Shown here: positions 24,417-33,640 of the stretch, in pieces
Position numbering within the stretch: the first letter of the stretch is position 1
Layout of the letters: each line of letters opens with the position of its first letter
From: Bdellovibrionota bacterium
Lineage (GTDB): Bacteria; Bdellovibrionota_C; UBA2361; OMII01
DNA: 38,035 nt
Reading direction: 5' to 3'
NCBI GenBank assembly: GCA_044347025.1
Contig: JBIIYC010000002.1
Coordinates: 1-38,035 of the forward strand
The notes under the pieces: generated by a model
What the model was told of the DNA's origin: nothing
The model's input: the letters and a program-made list of their open reading frames with translations, nothing else
The model's database searches: none
Position numbers and translations under genes: made by a program

Positions 24417-26105
24417 ATGTCTCATGTACAACCGTCCTCCGAGCAGCTTCAACATGCGACCGCGCTCCTGCACCGAGCCCAATGTCTTTTGCAAAGCGGA
24501 CAGATCGAAGAGAGCTTCAAAGTAATCCTGGATCTCAAGGCTCAGCGGGTTCCGCTGATGCAGCTCGATCTCTGCCGAGCGATCTGTTTTGCTCATATGG
24601 GGCGTATTCCGGATGCCGTTCAGTCGCTTCGGGAGGAGTTGCGCTTCTTTCCTCACAACGAAGATGCGCGGCAGCTTCTTGAGGAGCTGTTGAAGGTCCA
24701 GGGGCAGCAGGATAGCTCGCTTAATGCGAGTCATGATCCGGAGTTTATGGAGATCTATCAGGCGATTCGGAATCACACGATGCTCAGTGTGGCTCGACTG
24801 TATAACCTGTTCATTCACGCCAAGCGCATCTGTGAAGAAAACATTCCAGGTAACTTTGTTGAGTGTGGGGTAGCCGCAGGGGGCTCTTCGGTTCTTCTTG
24901 CGTATGTTATTCGTCGCTACAGCCGGATACCTCGCATCATGTGGTGCTTCGATTCGTTTAGCGGAATGCCGCCGGCACGCGCTGAGGACGCACATGGCGG
25001 TGTTCCGGCTGAGCAGACCGGTTGGGGCTCAGGTACCTGCGCCGCGCCTCTGCAGAGTCTGCAAAGCTTGGCTCGAAGTGTTGGGGTAGGAGAAGTCATA
25101 CGTCCTGTAGTGGGATTCTTTGAAGAGACCCTTAAGCCGCATCGCGATCGCGTTGGTATGATCGCTTTGTTGCACCTTGATGGGGACTGGTATTCGTCAA
25201 CCCGCACGATCCTCGAGAACCTCTACGATCGCGTATCCGACAAAGGTATTCTTCAAATTGATGATTTCGGATATTGGGATGGCTGTCGCAAAGCAGTACA
25301 GGAGTTTTTCCAGGCGCGAAAACTTACTCCGCTCGTGACACGCATTGATGACACTGGAGTCTGGCTGGAGAAGCCGGACCTGTTCCCGATTAACCCCACG
25401 CTTCCGAATGAGATGGTTCAGGCGTTCTGTGCTGAGGATGTCGGGCGGTATGCAATACCGAGTCAGATGTCCCCTAATGAGCGGTTTCAGCTCTACTGGG
25501 CATTCACAAAAGAGATGCATATTTCAGCCGGTCAGCGCGAAATTCGATTTTTGGAGATCGGCTCGTACGCAGGTGCATCGTTACTACAGAGCTATGTTGC
25601 TCTTCGGCATCATGGCCTACCGATTGACCTGGTCACCGTCGAACCACAGGGACAGCCTGAATTCTACGCAATCGTTCAAGAGTTGCAGCCGATCACAACG
25701 CACCTCAAAATGTTCTCGGATGCTGCAGCGCCTATCCTTGCTGATGAGATCGCGCGAACGGGCCGGCTCTTTGATGCTATGGTGATCGATGGAGATCACA
25801 CGTATGCCGGTGTGAAGAAGGATATCGAGCTCTTCTTTCCGCTCCTACGCCCCGGAGGGTTGATGTTATTCCATGATTATTTGCCGGCGCTAAACGATGA
25901 AAATCGCGAGGCGATTTTCGCGCACCATGCGTCGACAGAGCCTGGAATTCGGCGAGCGTGTGACGAATATTTTGCCGGTAATGCGGATGCCCAAGAGGTC
26001 ACGCTGCCGCTGTTACGTCCGAGTGATCCTACGCAAACCCAGGCGTATCTGCAGATTATACCTGGTGTGTTCTCTACCGTGAGGGCGTGGCGGAAGCGAC
26101 GGTGA
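24417..26105 (+). CDS. TPR plus TylF/MycF-type O-methyltransferase plus a second class I SAM-methyltransferase domain (fusion protein)
   Basis: The TylF-like domain is shown by NIPGNFVECGVAAGGSSVLL and LHLDGDWYSSTRTILENLYDRVSDKGILQIDDFGYWDGCRKAV. The second domain is shown by FLEIGSYAGASLL and MVIDGDHTYAGVKKDIELFFPLLRPGGLMLFHDY. The N-terminus is TPR-like. Confidence 0.75.
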   Translation: MSHVQPSSEQLQHATALLHRAQCLLQSGQIEESFKVILDLKAQRVPLMQLDLCRAICFAHMGRIPDAVQSLREELRFFPHNEDARQLLEELLKVQGQQDSSLNASHDPEFMEIYQAIRNHTMLSVARLYNLFIHAKRICEENIPGNFVECGVAAGGSSVLLAYVIRRYSRIPRIMWCFDSFSGMPPARAEDAHGGVPAEQTGWGSGTCAAPLQSLQSLARSVGVGEVIRPVVGFFEETLKPHRDRVGMIALLHLDGDWYSSTRTILENLYDRVSDKGILQIDDFGYWDGCRKAVQEFFQARKLTPLVTRIDDTGVWLEKPDLFPINPTLPNEMVQAFCAEDVGRYAIPSQMSPNERFQLYWAFTKEMHISAGQREIRFLEIGSYAGASLLQSYVALRHHGLPIDLVTVEPQGQPEFYAIVQELQPITTHLKMFSDAAAPILADEIARTGRLFDAMVIDGDHTYAGVKKDIELFFPLLRPGGLMLFHDYLPALNDENREAIFAHHASTEPGIRRACDEYFAGNADAQEVTLPLLRPSDPTQTQAYLQIIPGVFSTVRAWRKRR

Positions 26106-26763
26106 TCCTCGCGTTCGACCGCTGTCGGCCAAGCAACGAATCGACAAGTTCGTTTGCTCCGGGAATCATGAGGAGCCCGCGGATGGCAAACGAGATCGGA
26201 TCGGGAAACATCGACGTTGCATCTGTTTGCTGATGCGCGCGGCGTTGGTAGTCTCGAATCAGTCGGGGGTAGGTGAGGATCTCATCCGGGAGAAATGCTG
26301 AGCCGCCGAGCGTAATGGTATCGAGGAGCATCTCAACAGCCCCGAGCACAAAAAGGGTTCTCCCTTCATGTTGGAGTATCGGATTCTCGTGATGAACGAG
26401 TGCCCGGGCGTCAGCTACCTTTTTTAGCGGGCCCAGAAAGGGAACAAGATCTATCCCGAGGGTAAGAATTCCTGAGCCAAAGGACGCCTTGGTCGAGGGA
26501 TCTGCTCCGAGTAGCGAGTGGAGTGCGCCTGTAAGCGCTCCTCCAAGCCGCGTGAGCGGTCCCAGGGATCGAGCAGGAGCAACGGCGACCTCTCCATCTA
26601 TTCCAACGCGAGGCTCGTGTGACGCGGGGCTGGCGCGGTCTAACCGGGAAGGGGGAGTAGCCTCGTGTGTCCTCGTCTGTGGAGTAACCAGGGCCGCCAA
26701 TGGCGAGGTTCGTTCACCTGTGCGAGTGTCTCGTCGTGCATGCCCTGCAAGCATGGTGTTCAT
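26074..26763 (-). CDS. Hypothetical protein with a disordered Arg/Pro/Thr-rich N-terminus and a hydrophobic C-terminal half
   Basis: A 229-aa ORF that converges on the methyltransferase gene and overlaps it by 32 nt. No Shine-Dalgarno and no recognisable family. Confidence 0.4.
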   Translation of the reverse strand: MNTMLAGHARRDTRTGERTSPLAALVTPQTRTHEATPPSRLDRASPASHEPRVGIDGEVAVAPARSLGPLTRLGGALTGALHSLLGADPSTKASFGSGILTLGIDLVPFLGPLKKVADARALVHHENPILQHEGRTLFVLGAVEMLLDTITLGGSAFLPDEILTYPRLIRDYQRRAHQQTDATSMFPDPISFAIRGLLMIPGANELVDSLLGRQRSNARITVASATPSR

Positions 26764-26872
26764 ATTCTATAGGTAACACAGTGGCTTACCATAGCGAAAC
26801 GTTTCCTCACGTCACGCCGTATTCACAAAGGCGCATATCACAGGGAGGGGCAGACCGCCCCGGCAAAGCTAT

Positions 26873-27727
26873 ATGATTGTTGTACACGCTCAGCCCAAGA
26901 ACGATCCATTAGCCCCCGCACACGCTGGGCTCAAGGACACCCGGGTAGCCGCCTTTACGGAGCGGTTTCTCTCGTTGTTCGGCGCCACGAGTTTTCACCC
27001 CCTCAAAATGGCGATATCGGCGGGAGTCGAGCGACTACACGATTCTACAATCGAACGAGCGGTCCTACGGCGACTTGCTTCTGCGGAGCCTCAAACATTT
27101 CTTGAGATAGGCGCTGGGCGGAGCTATCCGCAGCAATCGCAGTGTCAAGGGATACCATACCTTGCGCGCTCGCTGGCAGAGATCGCCAGCGGTGATCGCG
27201 TGAAGGTGATCTGCTCTGATTTGATCGGGATGAATGAGAAGGTGGTGTTCTTTCTGCATCGGGGGGGAGTCCTCTCTACTGCCGGGCAGACGCTAGTCGA
27301 TCCATTCCTTCCTACCTCCGAGCTTGCTACGCGGGGTGAATCGGTGACTATCACGCCACTTGCAGCCGAGGCGAGAGGGTATGCAACGCTTACGGACCTC
27401 ATCGAGTCTGCCAAGGCAGTCTGTAGGCGCGATGTCGAGCAGGTGTTCGTGCGACCGGCGCTCGATCCTGAGCTTGAGCGCTCAGTGTTCGGACTCTCCT
27501 GTGTCCCGCAGGTCGACTTTCGTGTTCTTGATCAATTCACTGATGCTTCAGTAGATCTGGTCTTCGCGAGACATATGAATCCTTACGTTTCGCAGATTGG
27601 ATCCTTACCGCTCGTGATGCAGGCGTGTGAGCGAGTGCTCCGGAATGGTGGTGAGGCTATTCTTCACGTTGATGGCCAACCCCTTCTGATCGGCGAAAAA
27701 CGGGGTGCGCACACGTCGTGGCGATAG
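26873..27727 (+). CDS. Hypothetical protein, possible class I SAM-dependent methyltransferase
   Basis: Possible motif I is FLEIGAGRS, followed by an acidic post-I position (VICSDL), then DLVFARHM...VLRNGGEAILHV. The resemblance is weak. Confidence 0.4.
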   Translation: MIVVHAQPKNDPLAPAHAGLKDTRVAAFTERFLSLFGATSFHPLKMAISAGVERLHDSTIERAVLRRLASAEPQTFLEIGAGRSYPQQSQCQGIPYLARSLAEIASGDRVKVICSDLIGMNEKVVFFLHRGGVLSTAGQTLVDPFLPTSELATRGESVTITPLAAEARGYATLTDLIESAKAVCRRDVEQVFVRPALDPELERSVFGLSCVPQVDFRVLDQFTDASVDLVFARHMNPYVSQIGSLPLVMQACERVLRNGGEAILHVDGQPLLIGEKRGAHTSWR

Positions 27728-27947
27728 GATGGGTTTCGCAAATACACGCTGCTGTGGCTGGCGATATGCGGGCTGCGACTGTGTCAAACGTCGCAAAAAA
27801 ATCCTCAACGTGGCCCAGTGAATAGGCCTCCACCTAGGTTGCCTTGTCCACCAAAGCCTTGGCGTAGCAGGAAGTCACACTATCGATGTGCGCAACAGGA
27901 GATCCTTTTTGATCCCACTGCTCGTAGAGAGTAGCTCAGGGGGTGGT

Positions 27948-28715
27948 CTACAGTAGTCGGGCAAGCGCTGAAACCACGGCCAGCTCGGATCTCAGCACGT
28001 TGGTGCCCAGCGACGCGGGCACAAAGCCCTGCGATACGAGGAACGCTTCCTCTTCAAGGGTGATGTCTCCCTCCGGTCCGATAACAAGTGTTACGTTTGT
28101 CAGAGGGCTTGTGTTCGAGACGATCTCTGCCAGTGGTATTGCTTGAGCCGAGAGCGAGCACACCACCTGAGTTGTTCCTGGCGCATCGCCACGTGGTGCG
28201 AGCTGTACCGCTTCGGCGAGGCTTCGGGCGACTCGTACGACGGGAGGCTTGTTTTGCTTGCTCTGCTGAGCAGCTGCGAGAGCGATCTTGGAGAGACGTG
28301 TTTCTTTGTGGTGGCAATCCTTCTGATCGTTCACCCGCACGATGCTTCGAGTAGCCTGCCAAAAGATGATTGTGGAGCAGCCTAACTCGGTGGCCCAGTC
28401 ACAGATAAGATCGTTTTTTTGACCTTTGCAGAGGGCGCACAGTAGGGTGATCTCTGGGCGAGAGCGGGTATCGCCGGGCAGAATCTCGTCTATGGTGACG
28501 GTCACAGACTCGTTGAATGCGGTCACGTGGGCGCGGGCGATAGTTCCGGAGGAGTCGCCGATCTCCAAGGAATCGCCGACGCGCAGGCGTAGCACGTCAG
28601 CGATGTAGTGACTGTCTTCGGGAGATAGGAGGAGGGATGTGCCGAGCGAGTCGGCACTAAAAAACCGCACGTTAGTCACAAACAGCCGAGGCCCTTTGCT
28701 TTCACGTGCGGTCAT
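27948..28715 (-). CDS. rsmE: 16S rRNA (uracil1498-N3)-methyltransferase
   Basis: Evidence is the N-terminal PUA-like region HYIADVLRLRVGD, then LVIGPEGDITLEEE and LGTNVLRSELAVVSAL, the RsmE SPOUT signature. Confidence 0.85.
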   Translation of the reverse strand: MTARESKGPRLFVTNVRFFSADSLGTSLLLSPEDSHYIADVLRLRVGDSLEIGDSSGTIARAHVTAFNESVTVTIDEILPGDTRSRPEITLLCALCKGQKNDLICDWATELGCSTIIFWQATRSIVRVNDQKDCHHKETRLSKIALAAAQQSKQNKPPVVRVARSLAEAVQLAPRGDAPGTTQVVCSLSAQAIPLAEIVSNTSPLTNVTLVIGPEGDITLEEEAFLVSQGFVPASLGTNVLRSELAVVSALARLL

Positions 28716-28738
28716 GGGAAACGTCCGTGACGGATAGC

Positions 28739-29350
28739 TTACTTCTTACGAAGACCCATCTTCTCAAGACGCTGAGCAAGGTATGGAATCTTGTCGTATC
28801 CAACGATGCGCTCTCCGCTCTCGAATACGAACGTTGGGGTGTCGAACACGCCGAGCTTGCGTCCGCGCTTGTAAATGCCCTTTACGCGCTCACGTGTGTC
28901 TGACGATGAAACTTTGCTCAAGAAGTCGCCGAGGTCGATGTCGAGATCGTCGCACAACTCGTTCATGAATGCGTCCTCGTTAGGGTTCTCGCCGAGGCCC
29001 CACCACTTGTTGAATACCTTTACGTTGTACTCAAGGAGTACGCCGAGGTCGTTTGCGATAAGAGCGCCGCGAGTGATCCGTCCTGGATCGAACTCTACTT
29101 CAGGCCAGTTCTCTGGGTAGGTGAGCGAGAGGCCACGGTCTGACGCGATTCGCTTCGTATCCTCAAAAAGGTACGAGAGCTTGTCGGGGAGGATTCCCTG
29201 CTGAGGAACCGGATTGCCCGAGGCCTTCGCCGAGAACGGTTGCCAGAGGAGATCGACATTGTACTTCTCCTGGATGTCGTACAGGGGATCCAGCGAGAGA
29301 TACGAGTATGGACTCTGGAAAGAATAGAAGACCTCAACATTTACCGTCAT
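28739..29350 (-). CDS. DsbA-like thioredoxin-fold protein (2-hydroxychromene-2-carboxylate isomerase family)
   Basis: Evidence is VEVFYSFQSPYSYLS at the N-terminus and GVFDTPTFVFESGERIVGYDKIPYLAQRL at the C-terminus. It lies 23 nt upstream of rsmE, probably in the same operon. Confidence 0.75.
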   Translation of the reverse strand: MTVNVEVFYSFQSPYSYLSLDPLYDIQEKYNVDLLWQPFSAKASGNPVPQQGILPDKLSYLFEDTKRIASDRGLSLTYPENWPEVEFDPGRITRGALIANDLGVLLEYNVKVFNKWWGLGENPNEDAFMNELCDDLDIDLGDFLSKVSSSDTRERVKGIYKRGRKLGVFDTPTFVFESGERIVGYDKIPYLAQRLEKMGLRKK

Positions 29351-29809
29351 ATGCGCACTTCTTTTGAAAAGAGGGTTTTAAATATGGTCTCACCGCGGAG
29401 CTACCGCTTCTACAGCGCCATTGCTCCAAGCTGAAGTCTCATGCTTGCGTCTGAAGGGGTAGGCTTGCCTAGGCACGCGACCCCTTACAGGCGCGGAAGG
29501 CAGATCTGGCAGCCCAAGGTGTGGTTTAGACCATCGAAACTGTTTGGAAAGGTAGTCTTTATGCGGGGAGTTTGCAAGGATATCTTGGACTATCCCGGGC
29601 GAAATCGGCAAAAAACCAACAATCAGGGTTTGGTGAGTAGTGGTAAGGGGTAATATTTGCTAAGGTCTTCGGCAGGTTGCGAGGGGGCCGTCGTTTGAAA
29701 TGTGGTCTCCGGGGTGCCCCGAAGGGAGCTCCCCGTTAGAGAAACAGCGAGCCAAGGTTTTGGCATCGCAACCCGGCAGCAAAGAGTTGATGAAACGGAA
29801 GTTACATAC

Positions 29810-30712
29810 GTGGCACTAGGCATAGATCGATTGTTAGGAATTGAGGGCGCTCGCAGTCGCCCGTTGTTGTGCCTGGAGATAAACCCTCCGCGAGGTACCG
29901 ATGTCGAGGCAGTCCTGGAGCGCTATAGCGCTCTACGCGGAGTGGACTTCGCGAATGTGACCGACTCGGCTCTTGCCAAGATGAAGCTCTCGGGATTGGT
30001 TTTTGGCGCGCTCTTTAAGAAGCGATTCGGGATTGAGCCGTTGGTCAACGTCGCGTGCCGAGATCGCAATAGTATCGCACTGCAGTCGGATCTACTCGGT
30101 GCGTGGGCCCTCGGGGTTCGTTCAATTGTCGCCCTTACTGGTGATGCGGTAACCGTTGGCGATCTCCCCGATGCAAAGGGGGTGTTTGAGGTCAATTCGA
30201 TTGGTCTACTCAATATCGTATCAACCCTCAATGGTGGAAAGGACCTGTCGGGGACCGATCTCAAAGGAAAGACTGATTTCGTTCCGGGGGTTGTTGTAAA
30301 CCCGAACGCTCGAAACCGCGATGCTGAGCTGCGACGCTTGGGGCGTAAGCGAGAAGCTGGTGGCGTCTATTCCCTTAGTCAGCCGGTGTTCGATGTACAG
30401 CAAGCCGCGGAGTTCTTCGAGGCCGCTACCGCAAGTGGAGTTGATAACTTCGTGGGGTTGATGCCATTTAAGACAGCGCGGGCTTTCGAGGCGGTGTCGA
30501 AGATTCCGGGTATTAAAGTTCCGGAGAAGCTTTTGGAACGCGTTAGGGCGGTCTCAGAGGAAGATGTTCCGAAAGTGTCACTTGAGGTTGCCTGCGAGAT
30601 AGCAGAGCGCGTGCGGCCCTACGTGCGCGGGTTTCATGTTGTGAGTGGAGGTTCTCCTCTTCTTGCTGTAGAACTGTGCAACCGGCTAGCAGCATGGATT
30701 CAAGATCAATAA
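29810..30712 (+). CDS. metF: Methylenetetrahydrofolate reductase (MetF family)
   Basis: Evidence is LLCLEINPPRGTD, ANVTDSALAKMKLS, NVACRDRNSIALQSDLLGAWALGVRSIVALTGD and GVVVNPN. The ORF is open from ATG 29702. GTG 29810 gives a family-typical N-terminus, but the start remains uncertain. Confidence 0.8.
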   Translation: MALGIDRLLGIEGARSRPLLCLEINPPRGTDVEAVLERYSALRGVDFANVTDSALAKMKLSGLVFGALFKKRFGIEPLVNVACRDRNSIALQSDLLGAWALGVRSIVALTGDAVTVGDLPDAKGVFEVNSIGLLNIVSTLNGGKDLSGTDLKGKTDFVPGVVVNPNARNRDAELRRLGRKREAGGVYSLSQPVFDVQQAAEFFEAATASGVDNFVGLMPFKTARAFEAVSKIPGIKVPEKLLERVRAVSEEDVPKVSLEVACEIAERVRPYVRGFHVVSGGSPLLAVELCNRLAAWIQDQ

Positions 30713-30729
30713 CGTGAGAGGTATCTAAG

Positions 30730-31314
30730 ATGAAGCGTCGAGAAGAGATGACCTTCCTGGAGAGGATATACGTGGTCGAGATCGCGAAGGGTCTCCGGGT
30801 TACGTTCGGTAAGCTGCTCGGAAACCTGTGGTTGCACATCCTGCATGCACTCGGTCGAAAGACGGAGCTTCAGGGATCGGTGGCGATTCAGTATCCGAAT
30901 GCTCGCCGAGCTTATCCGCCCCGGTATCGTGGTCGTCACCGTTTGACCCTCAACGAACAGGGTGAGGTGAAATGCACGTCGTGTTTCTTGTGCGCAACAG
31001 CGTGCCCCGCTCGGTGTATATACATCGAGGCGTGTGAGCATGAGGACCCGAATGTTGAGAAGTTTCCAAAGCGCTACGAGATCGACACACTGCTCTGCAT
31101 TTACTGTGGGTACTGCGTAGAGGCGTGCCCAGTTGATGCAATTCGAATGGATACTGGACTTCATCCCGAGGTGTACCCCGCGGATCCGCGACTCTTCATC
31201 GAGGACAAAGAAACTCTGATGGAGCGCTCTCGGTTGCTTGAAGATCTCGGCCCTGAAAAGCTGTACGACATGCATATGAAGAGGATGCAGGAGCTTGAGA
31301 AGATTCGGGTGTAA
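30730..31314 (+). CDS. nuoI: NuoI-type 2x[4Fe-4S] ferredoxin subunit (NADH-quinone oxidoreductase subunit I-like), with no other nuo genes in the window
   Basis: The Cys clusters are CTSCFLCATACP and CIYCGYCVEACPVDAIRM. Also present are the NuoI-type N-terminus FLERIYVVEIAKGLRVTFGKLL, IQYPNARRAYPPRYRGRHRL and RYEIDTLLC. Confidence 0.8.
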   Translation: MKRREEMTFLERIYVVEIAKGLRVTFGKLLGNLWLHILHALGRKTELQGSVAIQYPNARRAYPPRYRGRHRLTLNEQGEVKCTSCFLCATACPARCIYIEACEHEDPNVEKFPKRYEIDTLLCIYCGYCVEACPVDAIRMDTGLHPEVYPADPRLFIEDKETLMERSRLLEDLGPEKLYDMHMKRMQELEKIRV

Positions 31315-32680
31315 GATATCCTTTGTCATCGCCTGTGCGCTGTGGACATCTGCGGCGTGTGCGCTCGACCCTGAGCTTCCGAAGGGGTGTGGCCCCCTTC
31401 CTGATGTAACCAAAGAATCAAAGTCTGGTGTGCTCATTACGGCGGAGCGCATCGGTGAATACCGACAGATACTACCCCCCGAGGTCGCTCACCTAGTGGA
31501 GCAGGGCGAGCTTCAGTTTGAGGCAGTGCTTCGTGCTCGAGGTCTCGAGAGCGTGGTGTCGGGAGCCTCGGGTTCTTCCGCCTCATACACGCTTGGTACA
31601 GCAGGTGAATTGCGGAGTGTTCCAGAGGGCGGATTGGGAGCGCGGCCTTTTGCTCTCCCTGCAAGCGTTGAGGGAGATCCTAAAACATTTGCTTACAAGG
31701 TGCTGTGGAACTCCGCGGGTGTGCTCGCTGAGGAGCGCTCGTTTTCGATGCTATTCTCAGCGCTGATTTTTCAAAGAGCAGATGCGGAGCCTCACGTCCT
31801 TGAGTTCCTGAATGAGCGGATCTACCCGCTAGCCCTTGGGCTCCCCTCTGGCACGCAGAAGCCCTTTTTTCGAGAAAAGATCGCTGCAATTAAGCCCGAG
31901 GTAATTCGGAATGTCTCGTGGTTGACCCTGCGATTTTTCGGCCCATTTGAGGACTATGTGTGGGCTGCTTCTCCGGTAATCAACAAGATTCGGCAGATGA
32001 CAGGGAGCAATCGCTCTGACGCTATGTTTTCTCAAGCCTTCTCTCCGGACGACCTCTTTGTATGGTCCGGTAAGATCGAGATGGTCGACCCGGTCGGGAT
32101 AACCTCTCAGCCGTTGTTGGTTCCGATTCTGCAGGCTCAAGGGGCGAAGACTGATACAAAGGGAGATTGCGTGACCAATGCCTTCCGAGAAGGGGCCAGC
32201 GTTACGGTTAATTCCGAGACGAGGCGATTCAAAGGCGCGGCGTCGTGGGTTCCGAGTAATGTTGTCATGGCGCTGCGCACTACGTGGAAGATTGATCTTA
32301 CCTCGAAGGATCCCTTCTCGAATGATAGTCGTCAGAGCGTGTACTTCGATGTGGAAACGGGACTCCCTGTCTATCGGGTTGTATGGGACCAGTCCGGCCG
32401 GTTGCAGAGGGTCATCGGCGGTATCGTTCGCCCCGTTCCAGCCGCGGCAGGTCGGGCCAGTGCGGCGTGGGCGGGGGAATGGATTGTTCATACTAATGGC
32501 ACCACGCGGGTCGATCTCGTGGCTCGTGAGTTTACCGTGTGTCGGACGGCTGGTCCGGGTCGGAGTTTGGAAGAGTTCGATCCTAGCTCTTTCATTAAGT
32601 TTGAGGCCAAAGAGATCAGTACCGCTGGCAAAGAAAAAAACCTTGAACAACGCGGTGAATCGGATGATATTTCCGACTGA
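31295..32680 (+). CDS. Secreted protein, DUF1329-like (LolA-fold outer-membrane lipoprotein-sorting-like family)
   Basis: The start is TTG and the signal peptide is KISFVIACALWTSAACA. The pattern ITAERIGEYRQILPPE ... KVLWNSA ... WAASPVINKIRQMTGSNRSDAMFSQAFSPDDLFVWSG ... SVYFDVETGLPVYRVVWDQSGRLQRV recalls DUF1329. It overlaps the end of nuoI by 20 nt. Confidence 0.6.
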   Translation: MRRFGCKISFVIACALWTSAACALDPELPKGCGPLPDVTKESKSGVLITAERIGEYRQILPPEVAHLVEQGELQFEAVLRARGLESVVSGASGSSASYTLGTAGELRSVPEGGLGARPFALPASVEGDPKTFAYKVLWNSAGVLAEERSFSMLFSALIFQRADAEPHVLEFLNERIYPLALGLPSGTQKPFFREKIAAIKPEVIRNVSWLTLRFFGPFEDYVWAASPVINKIRQMTGSNRSDAMFSQAFSPDDLFVWSGKIEMVDPVGITSQPLLVPILQAQGAKTDTKGDCVTNAFREGASVTVNSETRRFKGAASWVPSNVVMALRTTWKIDLTSKDPFSNDSRQSVYFDVETGLPVYRVVWDQSGRLQRVIGGIVRPVPAAAGRASAAWAGEWIVHTNGTTRVDLVAREFTVCRTAGPGRSLEEFDPSSFIKFEAKEISTAGKEKNLEQRGESDDISD

Positions 32681-32730
32681 CCGTGCGGCGACCAAACTGC
32701 CCGGCGATCCGTGTTACAACGTTTTCACCT

Positions 32731-33606
32731 ATGACGAAGCCCGACATCGGAAATCGTATCGAACGACTCGCAGGGCCTGGCGGCCTACCGGTTCTTCGTC
32801 TCAGCCACTCATCTGGATACTCGACAACTGTAAGTGAGTACGGTGGTCACATCATCTCATGGATGTCTCCTGCAGAGCAGGAGTTTCTATTTATGAGCAG
32901 TCGCGCGATCTACCAAAACGGCAAGGCGATCCGTGGGGGGATCCCCGTGTGTTTTCCTCAGTTCGGCAAGGGAGTATTGCCTCAGCACGGATTTGCTCGC
33001 ACGAAGAAGTGGAAAGTGGTTCGAGAGCAGGTAAGCACAAGCGATGTAGTCTCAGTAACATTACGACTAACGCCGGACTCCGAGATAGATTCGCTATGGC
33101 CCCACCAGTTTGTGCTTGAATTAGATGTAGTGCTGAGTGACGTGCTGCTTACAGCCCTTCGCGTGGCGAATACTGGAGATAAGCCGTTTGAGTATACCTC
33201 CGCGCTGCATACGTATTTTCGCACGAGCGCGATCGAAACGGTATCACTCTCGGGGCTCAAAGGAATTCAGTATCTTGATTTCTTGAAGGATCGCGCCCGC
33301 ATGGTTGAAGATCGTTCGGATGTTATGATCTCGGGGCCGGTTGACCGCGCCTACCAGAATTCGCCCGAAACACTTGTGCTATCATCACCGAAAGACAACG
33401 TACGATTTCGGATTACAAAAGAAGGCCTTCGAGACACGGTCGTGTGGAATCCGTGGATTGAGGGTGGTGGTGCGATAGCCGATCTTGGGCCCGATGAGTA
33501 TCGCTCGATGATATGTGTGGAATCTGGAAACGTCCTCGCTCCTGTTCGAGTCGAGCCAGGCGATATCCACACGAGTGGGCAGATAGTTCGAGCTGAGCTG
33601 ATCTAG
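32731..33606 (+). CDS. D-hexose-6-phosphate mutarotase (YeaD / aldose 1-epimerase family)
   Basis: Evidence is AIRGGIPVCFPQFG, LPQHGFAR, LHTYF and VVWNPW. The ORF is open from GTG 32683, but ATG 32731 gives a length matching the family. Confidence 0.8.
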   Translation: MTKPDIGNRIERLAGPGGLPVLRLSHSSGYSTTVSEYGGHIISWMSPAEQEFLFMSSRAIYQNGKAIRGGIPVCFPQFGKGVLPQHGFARTKKWKVVREQVSTSDVVSVTLRLTPDSEIDSLWPHQFVLELDVVLSDVLLTALRVANTGDKPFEYTSALHTYFRTSAIETVSLSGLKGIQYLDFLKDRARMVEDRSDVMISGPVDRAYQNSPETLVLSSPKDNVRFRITKEGLRDTVVWNPWIEGGGAIADLGPDEYRSMICVESGNVLAPVRVEPGDIHTSGQIVRAELI

Positions 33607-33640
33607 GTGCCTACTCGGAAAAAGCTCCAAAAGATGATGG

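Noticed and set aside
24339-24995. A 218-aa minus-strand ORF spanning the start of the TPR-methyltransferase gene.
   Set aside because: It is antisense to a gene with strong domain signatures and has an Arg/Lys-rich, irregular composition.
29351-29809. The long (350-460 nt) leader upstream of metF, with GC palindromes (gggagctccc), GGGGTGCCCCG and GCAACCC strings, suggested a SAM, SAH, THF or B12 riboswitch.
   Set aside because: The strings occur in the wrong order for SAM-I/SAM-IV cores. The B12 box, the SAH CAGGCUCGG element and the THF or ZTP consensus are all absent by eye. This remains unconfirmed without a covariance-model scan.
31829-32837. ORFs 31829..32695 (-) and 32178..32837 (+), 288 aa and 219 aa.
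   Set aside because: They are Arg/Pro-rich shadow frames overlapping the DUF1329-like and mutarotase genes, both of which have clear family signatures.
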